A DNA stretch of 64,000 nucleotides from Thalia democratica. Lineage: Eukaryota. The stretch is taken from assembly GCA_965202585.1 (NCBI GenBank), contig OZ241826.1, positions 36,766,001-36,830,000 on the forward strand. Reading direction: 5' to 3'. The notes below the pieces were generated by a model. That model did not search any database. It was given only the letters and a program-made list of their open reading frames with translations, and had not been told where the DNA came from. Position numbers and translations under genes: made by a program. Positions 1-13,159 of the stretch are shown one piece after another; positions within the stretch are counted from its first letter, which is position 1; every line of letters starts with the position of its first letter.

Positions 1-2000
1 TTTATAAGAAATAAAATCAATATTATTTGCCATTAATGAAAGGTAAAATGTTTGCTTATTTAACAAAAATGAATTCAACCTACAACTCTTTGACAAAGTA
101 GAAAATTTGTACAGAAGTGTAAGAATAAAACTTTATTATCGACTGATGTACAGTATGAACTCAATAGAAAACAAACATACATAGTCTAATTTTTTGTCGA
201 AACAAAATGAAGAAATAAGATATTTTGAAAATAAAATGTACAACTAGTTCAATCGGGTAAAATTTAGAAAAAATAATGACAGCTTACAAGATAAACTAGT
301 AAATAATCTAAAAAGAATAAAACTAATCGAAAAATAGTACCTGCTAACAAAACAGCAAACTATTACAATGTCCCAAAACAAGAACATAAAATATATTACT
401 AAAATCTATAAGAGAAGCACATTAAAAAAGAGTGATTAAAATAACAGTAAAAAAATACTAAACCACCTATAAATTAAATGCTACTTAACTTTAAAAGACA
501 AAAAAGAATGGTTTAACAACAACCTAAACACCGGGCTAATTAACCCATTTTTATCTGACATAGAAAAGATAAGCAAGGTTATAATAGTCAAAAAAAACAG
601 TAGTTAAGTAAAAAAAACAATTTAACCAACAGAAAGGTACACAATAAAGTAGTCTAATGGTACAAATATGTAATAAATAAAAATCATTGAAATTCACATG
701 GAAAACTTTTATCCATCAATAAGAGAAAGATCATTAAAAATAGATGCTTTAAATTTTGCAAACAAAACCATAAAAAGAACAAAACAAGGTAAAAAAGATA
801 ATCCTTAACGTATCAGAATCAGTATTATATAAAATAAAAAGAGTAAATACAAATGGCAAAAAGTAAGAAAGATGAAAATTATTTTTTTGATTTCACAACG
901 GGTGGTAAACATGTGGCAAAAAACTGTGAACTAACAGTTTAAACATTCTACAATAACTTAAAAATACCATTTAAAATTTAACAATAGGACTATACAGAGA
1001 CGACGGACTAATAGCTATAGAAAATAAATTAAACAATGTAGAAACAGAAAAAAAAACTCTATAAATTTACTAAAACATCGAAATGAATTTAAAGTAGAAA
1101 AGCTCTTTCGGAAAATTGGCAGCTTAGATCTAAATTTTACCCATGCCGAAAACACAACAACAAAATAAGTTATATTAATTTAAAATCAAACCATCCATTA
1201 ACCATACTAAAACAAATCCCAAAAGTGATAGACACGACTTCCTAAAAATTAAAGTAGCAAAAATATTTCAAGACCATAAAATATACTATAATGGTGCTTT
1301 AAAATTTGTTATTTTCTAAAAAATGAAAGTATAACAAAAATAAGAAACAGAAAAGTTATGTGGTTTAACTCCCAATACTGTAAATCTGTACAAACGAACA
1401 TAGAAAATTTTATCGAAATAGTCAATAAACATTTTGGTAAAACAGCAACCAAAAAGTATTTTAAAAAGAAGAATGTAAAACTAAGTTACAACTGTGTGCT
1501 ATTTTTTAAAACATTCTTTAAAAAAACAGAAAAAACCAAAAAAAAACAATCAAGAAAACTAAAATGAATAATGCAACTGCAGAAAAAAACAAACATGTCC
1601 CCTAGAGGAGAAAAAATAGGGGAAAGAACATTTTAGAAACAAGGCATCAACTAAAACATAAAATGAATCAAAAATACACATCGGAATAAATGCAAACCAC
1701 CTAAAATACGAATTGCAACTTACAAAACTACAATCAACAGTAAACCAGATGAAAGAAATTGCCTTCAATACAAACAACCTAGAGAATATTTAAAAATTAA
1801 ACACAAATTAAAAAAAACAGGTATAATAACTAAAAATTAAATTGTAAAATACAAAATTGAAAAAAAAACTATACCAAAAAAGGAAAATTTCAGGTTTTCC
1901 CAAAGCCTTAATCTAATACGAATTACATCAAAGAATTAACAGAATTAATTAACTTGTACAGAAACAGGAACAAATGTTATATTAAACTGGTAAGAAGATT
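1..2000 (+). mobile_element. Degenerate Penelope-like retroelement (reverse transcriptase plus C-terminal GIY-YIG endonuclease), probably beginning before the window; many stops and frameshifts
   Basis: Ordered motif relics on +: IVPANKTANYY (~335-370), ENFYPSI (701-721), a DFTTGGKHVAKNCEL-like segment (~889-935), catalytic IGLYRDDGLIAI (984-1019), WFNSQYCKSVQTNI...VKLSYNC (ORF 1358-1567), CNCRKKQTCPLE (1572-1607), a KIHIG GIY-YIG-like segment (~1670-1690) and ELINLYRNRNK (~1950-1975). The order matches PLE ORFs with a C-terminal endonuclease. A Naiad-like clade assignment is recalled, not computed. Confidence 0.85.
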
Positions 2001-2362
2001 AGACTTGAAAAATTATACAAATGTGTTTGGATTTTATTGTTTTATTTTTTTGTTAAAACTGGTTTTTTATATAAGTTTTAAAGTTTTGAATATGCAACAC
2101 TTTACTTCATTGTAATGCATCAACAAGTTTTAAACAACATTAGAGGCAAACTAAAAAGCAAAGTTCATTTTCTATTTTACCAATATTTGACAAGGGCGGA
2201 TTTTTTACCCACCAAAACCTGGTATTAGATATATCAGTTCGTTTGCACTTTATTATTATTTGATCAAATTCTTAAAAATTAAACTATTTTTGAATGAAAA
2301 AATTTAAACTTCTTTTCGTTTACATAAAATTTTATTTAAAGACTATATCATTAACAATCAAA

Positions 2363-3230
2363 ATAATAATCTTAATACTACTTATTCGTCTCTTAAACTA
2401 AACCGTTAAGTGATTTAATTAATGCAAAGTTGTTTCTTCTTAGAAGGTAAAAGTATTAATAGTAATTTATTTACAATAACATATTTATAAGAACGACAAA
2501 GTATCAACAAAATAATAATAAATTGTGACTAATATCGAAAAATTTCAGTATGTGGATATACTTTGTAAAAATACAAGCTTTATTTAACATTACTTCTTAT
2601 ATTATTGATATTTCAATGATTTGTATCAAAAATTATTTAGTAAAATCTATGATGATGAACTTACCTTGTCTCATTCAGATAAACTATATCTCTCCAGTTA
2701 TTGAAGATTGTTGCATCTAGCTGTCAGTTCTTTATCCTGTTCGTAAAGTATAAATATGTTGTTTTAAAGTAACAAAATTTCTGAGCATTGATGCTTGCTA
2801 AAGACTATAAAGCTATATATATAATAATCTTAATACTATTTATTCGTCTCTTAAACTAAACCGTTAAGTGATTTAATTAATGCAAAGTTGTTTCTTCTTA
2901 GAAGGTAAAAGTATTAATAGTAATTTATTTACAATAACATATTTATAAGAACGACAAAGTATCAACAAAATAATAATAAATTGTGACTAATATCGAAAAA
3001 TTTCAGTATGTGGATATACTTTGTAAAAATACAAGCTTTATTTAACATTACTTCTTATATTATTGATATTTCAATGATTTGTATCAAAAATTATTTAGTA
3101 AAATCTATGATGATGAACTTACCTTGTCTCATTCAGATAAACTATATCTCTCCAGTTATTGAAGATTGTTGCATCTAGCTGTCAGTTCTTTATCCTGTTC
3201 GTAAAGTATAAATATGTTGTTTTAAAGTAA
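2363..3230. repeat. Near-perfect direct duplication of about 410 bp (2363-2772 and 2821-3230) with a 48-bp spacer
   Basis: Constant offset of 458 bp; I saw one mismatch (cttattc vs tttattc). Confidence 0.95.
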
Positions 3231-4766
3231 AGACAAACCTTTCTTCGTTCCATCCAGACGCATTTTCCTCTTCATGCATATAGCTGTAAACCAATTTTTC
3301 ATTCTGTTTTAAATATTCATATTAAATTTTTCTACGGTAATTACTGTTTTTAAAATTCAATTTTAAATTTTTATGCAAATGATAAGCTTTGAAAATAAAT
3401 AAAGCAGAATAATAAACTATAATTAAAAAACACCGGATTACTAAAAGATTAAAAAAAAAAAAAAGCTAATTGCATCAATTACCATAATAAAAACATTTAT
3501 GAGACACTAATAATACTATTTTAAGTCAGTGTTCAACTGTGGTATAAAAACACTGTATTACTTGTTAAATTCATGCGTAACTTTATGAAGTTTGTTATAC
3601 ATTCATCAGCATACACAAATCAAAACCTTCTAGTAAATGAAATGACCAAGAATGTCTGGAACTAGGAAGTGTGAATTTGCTCTTGTCACAAATCTTCTTC
3701 TTATATGAAAAATCATTAGATTGTAATTTTCTTTTTTACTTTATGAAATAATCTATTCCATTGCTTTTTTAAACGAAAAAATGTTATAGAGCTCCATATT
3801 CACAACAGAAAACATGAAAATATAATTAAAATTTGAAATAATTTCTTTTTATCAGAAACTTTACTATAAACTAAACTATAATAATAACACATACAGATAA
3901 TACAGATTTAACTGTTATGTTTAAGTATTTGTCTTGGATACAAATCAAAAATTATTATCATTATAATTTTTCAAATTATAATGATAATTAAGCTTCAATA
4001 ATTCATAATGCAGATTTTCTTATTATAGATTTTCATTTTTTTTTAATAACTGTCTACAGAGTCGATATGCTTTCAATTAACTAAACTCATCTTTTATATG
4101 TTCGTTGTGTTATTGGCATTAAAAAATTGAAGTTTTAATTCTTAAACTCAATTTTAAAACTACATACATCAAGAGGTTTTTCATAGTTGGCCGAAATTCA
4201 ACACGAAAGTTATTTTACTGTACACAGACGAATGCATAAATTTTTTATTGTGCACAGTAGTTAAGTCTTTTTTTAAGTATATCAATATTATTAATCTAGA
4301 TTTGAAACTATAATTCCTTTTGATAATTATTTCTGATTTACTAAAAAAACATGAAACATTTAAACAAAATTATTCTTATATCGAAAACTTTCTTCAACTA
4401 ATACAGTCACAGTTTCTAGCGTTAACTTGTAAACTGTTTTCTTGTGAAAGCTACAAAAATCTTATATTTAATTATAATTGTATGTATCATTATTTGCTTG
4501 AGATTTAAATAATGATTATGAATAATTTGGTATAATTTAGTGGGTTCGTTTCAATTTTAAATAAAATCATAAAACAAAACAGTACAAATTCTAGTGCTAA
4601 GTTTTAAAAGATTATTAAGTTAAAACGTCAAACAAATTAAGAAGGTTCAAGTATGTGCCAAAAACTGCTCAAGTCCTAAATAAACCTAATAACAGTGTTC
4701 GCTGATTTCAACCACTCACAATTAAACCTTGAATGAACATAAAAATAACTTTTAGCAGTTTACTAT

Positions 4767-5041
4767 GGGTAGCTTCAGATTTCCACTACTTTTCTGAATT
4801 GCTTAAAAATCATGCAAATAATTTACATATTTGCTGAGTTAGCAAATGTTTTTTCATAATATTTTTTATTTTAGTAAAGAACTTTTATATTTTGATTTAT
4901 TTTTTTTTATGTTTGGGTAAGGTGGGTTAGGGATAAGGGTATAAGTATAAAAAAAATTGTTTAGCTGACTCAGTAAATATGCAAATTATTTGCATGATTT
5001 TCAAGCAATTCAAAAACAGTAGTGGAAATTTGAAGCTACCC
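4767..5041. mobile_element. MITE with ~85-bp TIRs, possibly Mutator-like
   Basis: GGGTAGCTTCAGATTTCCACTAC... at 4767 is the reverse complement of ...GTAGTGGAAATTTGAAGCTACCC ending at 5041. The 9-bp flanks GTTTACTAT and ATTTACAAT match at 7/9; an alternative reading is a 2-bp AT TSD. Confidence 0.75.
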
Positions 5042-6288
5042 ATTTACAATTGACAGATTACAGTCCAAGACTGAAAACACCCTATACTGTATAAACTTCA
5101 AGTTTAGTAGAAAGTAAACTAATTTGATAGTGATTAACCAAGTGGTGTTTTAAAGAAAAATATAGCTTTAGAGAAATTTATTTATTTTCAAGAAGTACCT
5201 TTTATTTTAAAAGCAAACAAGGTGTTTTACTAAACACAAATATATTTCAACATTTTTTATAAGGTAATATTTTCTCTTTTAACTCCAAAAATAGGTATAT
5301 ATTAAGTCGTAGTAGAAGTAAAACAACTTTTAAAGTAATCTTATTCAAGGATCTTTGTAAGCTGATATTTGTTTTTAACCATTTTTAAAAATTCCAATTG
5401 TTTTTTGAGATATAAAGGTACAAAGTTGAGAGATTACATGTATTCAAAATGCAATGACAAAAAGTATTTTTTTATTAAAGTTTTAAGTTTTCCTTTAATT
5501 TTTGAACAAATTTTCTAACATGAACTTACTCAAAGGCTATTGCAGAAATTTTGTAAAAATGTCTGCTTCCTCAAAAATGAAAAAACAAAATTACTTTTTA
5601 CTTATAAAATTACTGTTTTTCATTTTGTGCAAGGATCACTTCCAATTTTTTGTAAAATATAATGAGAAGTTAGATTTACTGTGAGTTCTTTGAACCAGAT
5701 TATAAAAGCTTTGATATTAAATTTAACTTGAATTTTTGTAAAAACTTTTTAAACATTATCTACTAGATCTATAAATTAGGTATTCAAATTCAGTTAACTT
5801 AAAGTTTATTATGTCAAATAACTATGGAATTCTATTTGTTTTATACTCTACTATATGGGTGGGCAACAAATGAAGTAGTTTTAAACTTTTATAATCAAAA
5901 GTACAGTAAATCAATTTATTTAGCCAACCTTTTTTCAAAAGCAAGCTTTATTTATAATATTCTCTAATGCTCAGCTGTCTGCAGTCCCTCCACTATAAGA
6001 GCTGCCCTGTTGATCCATGTTTGAAAAAAAAAAGTTCCATGTTGACCACCACTGCAAAATGTAAGATTAAGCCCTAGAGTAATATTAGTTTACACACACT
6101 GTCTTATACTTCCCACTTAAAATTTTAATGGTTTATAGTAGTCTTGCCAAAGTTATATACTTTTTCTCTAAGTTGACAAATTCAGACAAAGTATTTGAAA
6201 AGCTTGTGACTAATCATAGAGTTGCTTTTACATATTTATAACAGCATAAAAAATATAGTAAAAATTGGTCTAATCACTTCGAAATTAA

Positions 6289-6951
6289 GGCCATAGGGGA
6301 GGTCCAACACTTTTTTTTTACAAAAATTAACTTTAGCTTTTATATGAAAGCATTAAAAACAAACTACAAGCCAGTTATTAAAGAATTCAAAAATATTATT
6401 AAACTTTGAAGATATTTTATTTTTTGTAAAAAGTTTCCAATACAAACATATGAACCGCAAATTTTTTGGGGTCAATTTTCTTGGAAATTTCTCCTCCTTC
6501 ACTTCTCAAGCAATTTTCTTAAACTTTGAGGAAATGTTACTTATATTAAAAAAAATAAACACTACTTGTGAATTTTAATAGTTTAAAAAATAAAATTTTA
6601 TCAAAAAAATTAAAATAAGAAGTGTATTTTTTTTCAAAAAAATAATATTTAGAATTTTTTTTTTTAATTCCGAAGTAAAGTTTTTTGTTATTGTATAAAG
6701 ATTAGACTGTGAAAGTTTAAAGAAAAATGCTTGAAAAATGTAGGAGGAGGTAGACTTTAAATAAAATAGTCTCTTTTTGCTTTTTTAGTTTTCCCTACCC
6801 ATGTGGAACATGTTATGCGGCCCGACTTTGACTGATCATATCTCAAAAAATAATTTGAATTTTTTAAAAAGATTAAAAGCATCTTGAAGCTTAGAAAAAT
6901 TATTATAAAATAAGATAAACTTATAAAAAACATGGCTAACCCCCTATGGCC
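6289..6951. mobile_element. Non-autonomous TIR element with TTAA TSD and GG termini (Kolobok-like MITE)
   Basis: TTAA(6285-6288)-GGCCATAGGGG...CCCCTATGGCC-TTAA(6952-6955). The interior resembles the copies at 34960-35275, 35968-36629 and 52830-53495. TTAA with purine-purine termini is the described Kolobok signature; piggyBac ends start CCC. Confidence 0.8.
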
Positions 6952-9739
6952 TTAATCTTTATCTTAATAAATTAAGTCAATTTATCCATTTTTGAACTTT
7001 TTATTACTCAACTAGAACTTATTTATTCCATACTTACCAAAGTGTTCCAACTAGATTTCAGACTGAAAAAGTTTATAGATTTCTGGGTACTTTCCTTGAG
7101 GATGTTGTAGTTAGCTTTTTTGCAAAAACTTCATAAAATAATGTTGCTGGTTCATTGTGGTAACCAACTTTCTGTAACTCAACTTAGTGGATCCTCTTTG
7201 TCAAACACCTAAAAAGTTTATTTACATCTTTTATTCAACTAATGCATATAATTACCATTTTAACCTTTGTTCAAGAGAACTGTACTTTTTTTCATTAAAT
7301 GTTTACAGGGTTCCCAATAAAATTTTATTATAAAATTTTAGAATTAAAAACAAATGTTATAGGAGGTTTTTTATGAATACAAATCAGCAAAAATGACTTT
7401 TATTTAAAAAGTTTTATATCAGAATTCTTTTATTTATTGATAACTATTTTTAAATCTTACTTAACTTGGTATATTTATTAAAACAATTACTGTTAATTGT
7501 TTTACTTAATCATTTGAAGTTCACATAACTTTTTCTTTACTTATTATAAGATTTAAAAGTGCAAATACTTTTAAAAATTACAGAAACACTGAAAAAAAAA
7601 ATTGGTTTATATTTACTTTAAGGTAAATTTAAGGTAAGAAACATGTTCAAATATAAAATTTCGACACAAAAAATATATTGTATAGATAAACATTTCCTGT
7701 CATCATCAAAACAAAAATAAAAAACACATTTTAATTAGCTTTACAATACCTTTTCAATGTTATACTATTTAAAACAGTTTCTAACCTTTAATTTAACTTT
7801 ATTAACTTTAATTTTTATTTAACTATTGTAAAAGTAGTCCCATAAGTGTGTACTTTTAAAATATGTAACCTGGAGGAAATTTTTAAAATATGGACAAAGT
7901 TTGCCATAACCATTTGTCAACCCTGTTTTTAGCCAAAATTGTTTAAGTCCATGTTTTTCAAGGATTCGAGGTTTTTGGGCCACCTAAGTATGGTATTAAA
8001 ATGAGTTTGTCAACATTTTTTATATTTTATAGTATTTATAACAAAATAATGTAAACTATTTTCTCTCATTGATGATAAACTAAGTGCAGGAGCAGAATTG
8101 TAATATATATACCGTACACCATACAAAAAATCTAGTAATTTTTATGTAACTTGATTTCGTTGTAATTGTAGTAGTAATAACTATTTTCATACACACCCAA
8201 AATTATGATGAATGTATGTATGTCTTAGACTTAAAATATGCCTTAAACATAAATTTTCATTTATAGGCATTTTGATTAATTTTGGGCTATATATTGTATT
8301 GATCAGACAAACATGCCAATTTTTTAAAATTTAAGTTGTACTTGGTTATTGTTTGGCTACTAATGGTAGAGCTTTATCTGTAGATATATTAAATTTATTA
8401 AGTATCTTAGTAAAAATAAAGTTTCCTGTAAGAGTGAATGTAATAAAACTTAGTATGTTATGTATCTGGCTTACCAACTAACGAAGTTGATGAAGAAAAA
8501 ATTGGAATAAAGAAATTATATAAAATGATTAATTATTCAACACTTGAAAAGTTCTTAAAAATTTGTTTCGTTAATAAAAATGTTAGTGTATAGAAGGAAG
8601 AAAAACCACTAAAGTTGTCAAAGGCCTTTTGAAAAACATTTCCAGGTTTATGAAAATACAAACTTATTTTATTTTGTAAGTATAAAAAATTTGTCTTATC
8701 AGTAAAAAAATTTGTCAGTATAAAAATATTGGAAAATAATGTAAATTACTTTCAAAAAGTCTTATGATAAAAAAAATTCCTAATACTACCAAAAATGTAT
8801 ATGATAGACTTATTGTATCTAATATAAACTTAATTATTACTGGTAAAAGCTGTTTAAAGTTCTTTACTTTCTTAGGTTTAAATTTTTTTTAATTACTGGT
8901 ATATTTTATTTTAATGTGAAATTCAAGGTTTTCTAGGATTCCAGGTATTTTTGCAACCCTATATGAATCATTCAATTACTATGCATTATTTACTCAAATT
9001 AAAGTAAACATAATCAAAAAAGTTCCATTATAACAGCCAACTTTGTTTCTTTCTTTGAAATTTATTTTTTAATTTCTCCTTACTTTCAAATACCCATTTT
9101 TTATATTTGTTTACCAAGAATAAACATCAATTTTCAAGTGCATTTGATGTGAAATTTTTACTTAACGTGGTGTTTACTTGTATTTTTTAGGCAAAGTTTT
9201 GTGAAGTTTTTGTAAATTCTTAAAATAATCTAAATTTTTCTAAGAAAACTATTAAAATATTATTTAAATTTCATCCAAAATGACTAGTTAGTTAGTTAGT
9301 TAAGAAATAAGTGAAAAAAGTGAGATAAAACAAAACTAGATAAAAATAACTAAAACATATTATTATCTTGGTGAAAGCAAAGTAACTTATTTAGTAATAA
9401 TGAAGTATATATTAATCTTTAAAAAAAGAACTTCAATTTAGAAGCTAAAAGACTTAAAAATTAATTGATGTTTGTTTAGCACACGTACTCACTATTTAAT
9501 CATTTTAAAGTAATAAGTTTTTTTTAAGAGTACAAACTTAGTAGTGGAACAAAAAGAACTACAAAAAAATAAAAAATGTAGGTGTAGTGTGTTGCAACCA
9601 TACTATTTGCATAAATAGTGTTTTTTCAGTAAAAAAATATTGAAAATTAAATCATAAAATTTTTGAGACAAAAATAAAAAAATGTTAATAGAAAAAATGT
9701 TTAAATTATATTTAAAGTTCCAACAAGTAATATTAAACT

Positions 9740-10852
9740 AGCCCGAGTTTACCTGAGATTTCAAATTTTAGACAAGCATGTGTGGGTAGCAATATCAACT
9801 TGGATTTTATTTAGTTGTTTGATAATGGTCTGACTCACCATAACACGCAATACAAAACCTTTAATTTTTTTAAATTCTATTTATGATCACTAAATTTTAA
9901 GAAAAATGTTTATTGATTATACGACTAACATGGTTAATTAAACTATTTTAATGAATATTTTATGTAAATATTATTAATCAAAACCTGATTGTAGTACTCA
10001 AAGCGTGAAAACACAAAACTTGCAACTTTTTAAAACAAAAATTGGCTTGAATAGGTACAGGGCTGCTACTCTTTGGGTCAATAAAAAACCTATCCTGAGT
10101 GATATTAATGTATCATGAGTTTTATAAATCCTTAAAAACGTTTTTCTTCTATGGTGCAAATTGCTTATGCTAGTCATATATGTTTGCTTTTACATTTGAT
10201 GTTAAAAAAATATAACTATTTAAATAACAAAAAGTAAAGACTGGATCAACTGAATCTCATTCATGATCTAAAAAAATATGTCCTAAGTTTAGAAAAAAGT
10301 CTTAAAACTTCCGAGTTTTTTATATAAACTATCCTGAGTTAATTTACAAACATTTTTTACATCTTTAGTTATCCTGAGTCATCATGAGATTTTCTAAAAA
10401 ATTCTAAACATCCTGAGTGTTATCATGAGTATACTGAGTATTCTCAGTGTGTGATAACCCTGTGAGTAACATTAACTATTTCTAAAAAAATTAAATGCAA
10501 TTAATAAAAAATTTTTTTAGAAAGCAAGCTTATGTGACTAGATGATGCAACTGTATCAAGTAGACCACGACCAAAAATTAACTAAATGAATTTTTGTAAC
10601 ATTTGAAAAATCAAAATCTGAATGAAATTACATTTATGAGGCTTAACTTTTTTGTTATGCTGATTTTATAAGGAAATGGTTACAAGAAACTTAAATTAAA
10701 AATTCAAGTCAAAAAATACCCTGAGATTCGATAAAGATATCAAAATTAAACTGAACTAAGAAAATTTCAAACAAGAATGAGTAAGCCTGGTTTTAACATA
10801 ATCTTATTTTAAACTAAGTAATCCTGAGCAGCTTGACTTTGTAGCAACCCTT
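9740..10852. mobile_element. Cluster of decayed or nested CAGGG-type TIR elements with (C)CTGAG(T) subterminal repeats
   Basis: Repeated ATCCTGAGT/CATGAGT motifs (about 10090-10110, 10330-10450, 10720, 10822). TIR-like ends are CAGGGCTGCTAC (10058), GTGATAACCCTG (ends 10462) and GTAGCAACCCTT (ends 10852). No clean TSD. Confidence 0.5.
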
Positions 10853-10911
10853 TTGTAAATATAAGCCATATCAATGAAAAAATTAAAATTTGATACATCT
10901 ATTATTTACAA

Positions 10912-10936
10912 ATATATATATATATATATATATATA
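10912..10936. repeat. (TA)n microsatellite
   Basis: Direct inspection. Confidence 0.95.
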
Positions 10937-10987
10937 GTCTTGAATATTGTTATTAATTAATAATTTTCTATAGAAACTTATATATAT

Positions 10988-11180
10988 AAGCGCAAAAACA
11001 CTGATTTTAAATTAACTTGGGAGGTGATAAAAAAAGCACAGCCAATAGCAGATGGTAATAATTTTGTTTGTTGGATGTGCTTAAAAGAATCAACAGCCGT
11101 TATGTATGCGTTAAAAAAGAAAGGTTGTTTAAATAAGAGCTGTGAATTTATATACATGAAAGACTCCTCTTAAAATACAA
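10988..11180 (+). mobile_element. 3' fragment of a Penelope-like element (end of the GIY-YIG endonuclease region)
   Basis: Reads KRKNTDFKLTWEVIKKAQPIADGNNFVCWMCLKESTAVMYALKKKGCLNKSCEF, then after a frameshift IHERLLLK. This fits the PLE C-terminal W...CxxCLxE...LN.R.E...H pattern. Confidence 0.75.
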
Positions 11181-11360
11181 TAAATGTTGAAGTATTTTAT
11201 AGTCATATAACTGTTGTCTTTGTAAATTTTAGTTGTTTAACTAGTTAGATGCAAGATCGATTTTTGTACTGAGTTTTTGTAATGCACAATATTACGTAAT
11301 ACTGTTTTTTTTTCCATAACTTTTGCTTCTATGTTTAGTAAAGTGCTTTTTATTTTAAAT

Positions 11361-11496
11361 TAAACTGGCTAATGATTAAGACTTTATGAAACATATGTAC
11401 CAGTATTTTAAAAATTTTACATTTCCTATAAATTATTTAAAAGCCCTTCAAGTGGGCTCTGTAGAAGGTGTCCAAATTTGAATAATAACCTTATTT

Positions 11497-11547
<51 letters not shown>

Positions 11548-11677
11548 TGGTTATTAAAATTTAAATACCTTCTACAGAGCTTTGAAGGCCTTTTAAATAG
11601 TTTATTAGAAAAATACTATTTTAAAATACTAGTACATATGTTTCATAAAGGTAAACACTTTGATCATCAGCTAGTTA
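11361..11677. mobile_element. Foldback MITE-like element: ~130-bp imperfect inverted arms around a (TA)n core (~11499-11543)
   Basis: CTTTATGAAACATATGTACCAGTATTTTAAAA (from 11382) pairs with TTTTAAAATACTAGTACATATGTTTCATAAAG (to 11650); CTCTGTAGAAGGT pairs with ACCTTCTACAGAG. A related fragment lies at ~17225-17385. Confidence 0.7.
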
Positions 11678-13159
11678 AATTTTAAATAACTTTATTAAAA
11701 TAACTTATTATTTATTTAATAACGTTATATATATATTACCAGTCTTTATTAAATGAAAGTTTGACTATTAAGCTGAAATAAAAATACCAATGCTCAACTT
11801 GCAGTGCAATATCTTATTATATTATATACATAAAATAAAAAAAATCCATATGATGACATATAACTTATTAGGTATGGTTTTATTCTACAATAATCAGAAT
11901 ACTAAAGCTTTTACTAGGATCTCTTATTTATTCTTTTTTTTAAGTATAGTATGGATATTGATAAAGACACCTTACACCATCAGGACACATACTAGCTATT
12001 ATATTGTGAGAAATGTATTTTTTAAAGTATAAGGTATAAAGTTTTGTCTGGATTTGATACCGTTTCAAATCTCCATATTGTAAAAGATCTCTTGCGTTTT
12101 TAGTAAAATAAAAAATTAAATGATACTAGTTAAATGATACTTTTAATAGTAAATGCTAAAAAATTTACAGATCTGAAAAGATACTGTAATGCTAGTCTAA
12201 ATGATTTTTATAATAAGAAAATTTCAAATAGTCTTAAAATGCTATATTATATATGACAGTTAATTATTACTTAGTTTTTTTTTTTTTTTGGTTTTCAAAT
12301 AAGAATTTTTCAAAATTAAAGTTTTTGCTCAAGTTTTAAATAAACGATTTACAATGTCTTAAAAACCCTATAACTTTAATCTTAATTTTTTAAGGTAAAA
12401 CAGTTACCCTGAATAATAAATAACTCAATATTTACTGTAAAACAAAACACTCAAGTAGTAATTTTTATTTGTAATGTTATTCAACTAAAAGCAGCTCTAA
12501 AAAGTTTGATACCAAATTTTTAATAATGTCTAGAATTATCAAACTGTTCTACAAAAGATTAGTACAAGTCAAATTTTATGATGACTAAATGGTTGAAACT
12601 TAAAAAAAGATATTTTAAAATACTTTTAACTATGAAGTACTGTATAATTTCTTGTTTTAAGTAAAATATATTGAAGTAAAGTGCTTCTTTAATTATACTA
12701 GAAAGAGGCAAATTATTTATTCTATTTATATCAGTTATTATAATTTTATTAATATTCGACAAGGTCAGAAACTTTACCATTTAAGCCATATAAAAAAACA
12801 GTTAATTTGCACATTTGTTTTTAAGATCTTAAATATCAAAATCATAAAAAAAAAACTAGCTAAATTAGTAAGTTGATGTGGCAAATTTTGAAGCTCCTTA
12901 TAATCCTGAACACAAAGTAAACACTTAATGAAAATAAGATATAAAAAAAAACTTACCTTATATAAGGAAGAGTAGATATTAATGTCTTCTACACAAAAGA
13001 TGTATAACTATTTATTATATATAAAGCTATGCAAACAAATAAACTACCAAGGTTCACAATGGTACTATTTTTACGGTTGAGTAAACAAGCTTACATATGC
13101 ACAACCCCATATTCAGCTTCAGACTTATATTGAATATGCACTTAAAAAATAAAGTTTGT

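Noticed and set aside
1572-1625. Selenocysteine recoding in the Penelope-like element
   Set aside because: The Cys codons in CNC...CP are TGC/TGT, and the stops in this copy are scattered TAA/TAG typical of decay.
4910-4950. Telomeric repeat (GGGTTAGGG-like)
   Set aside because: A single degenerate stretch in the centre of a MITE, not an array.
8455-8645. RRM-like exon (YVSGLPTNEVDEEKI) plus a small plus-strand exon (GRKTTKVVKGLFEKHFQ)
   Set aside because: The motif match is short, I found no consistent splice path, and no further domain sequence was recognised.
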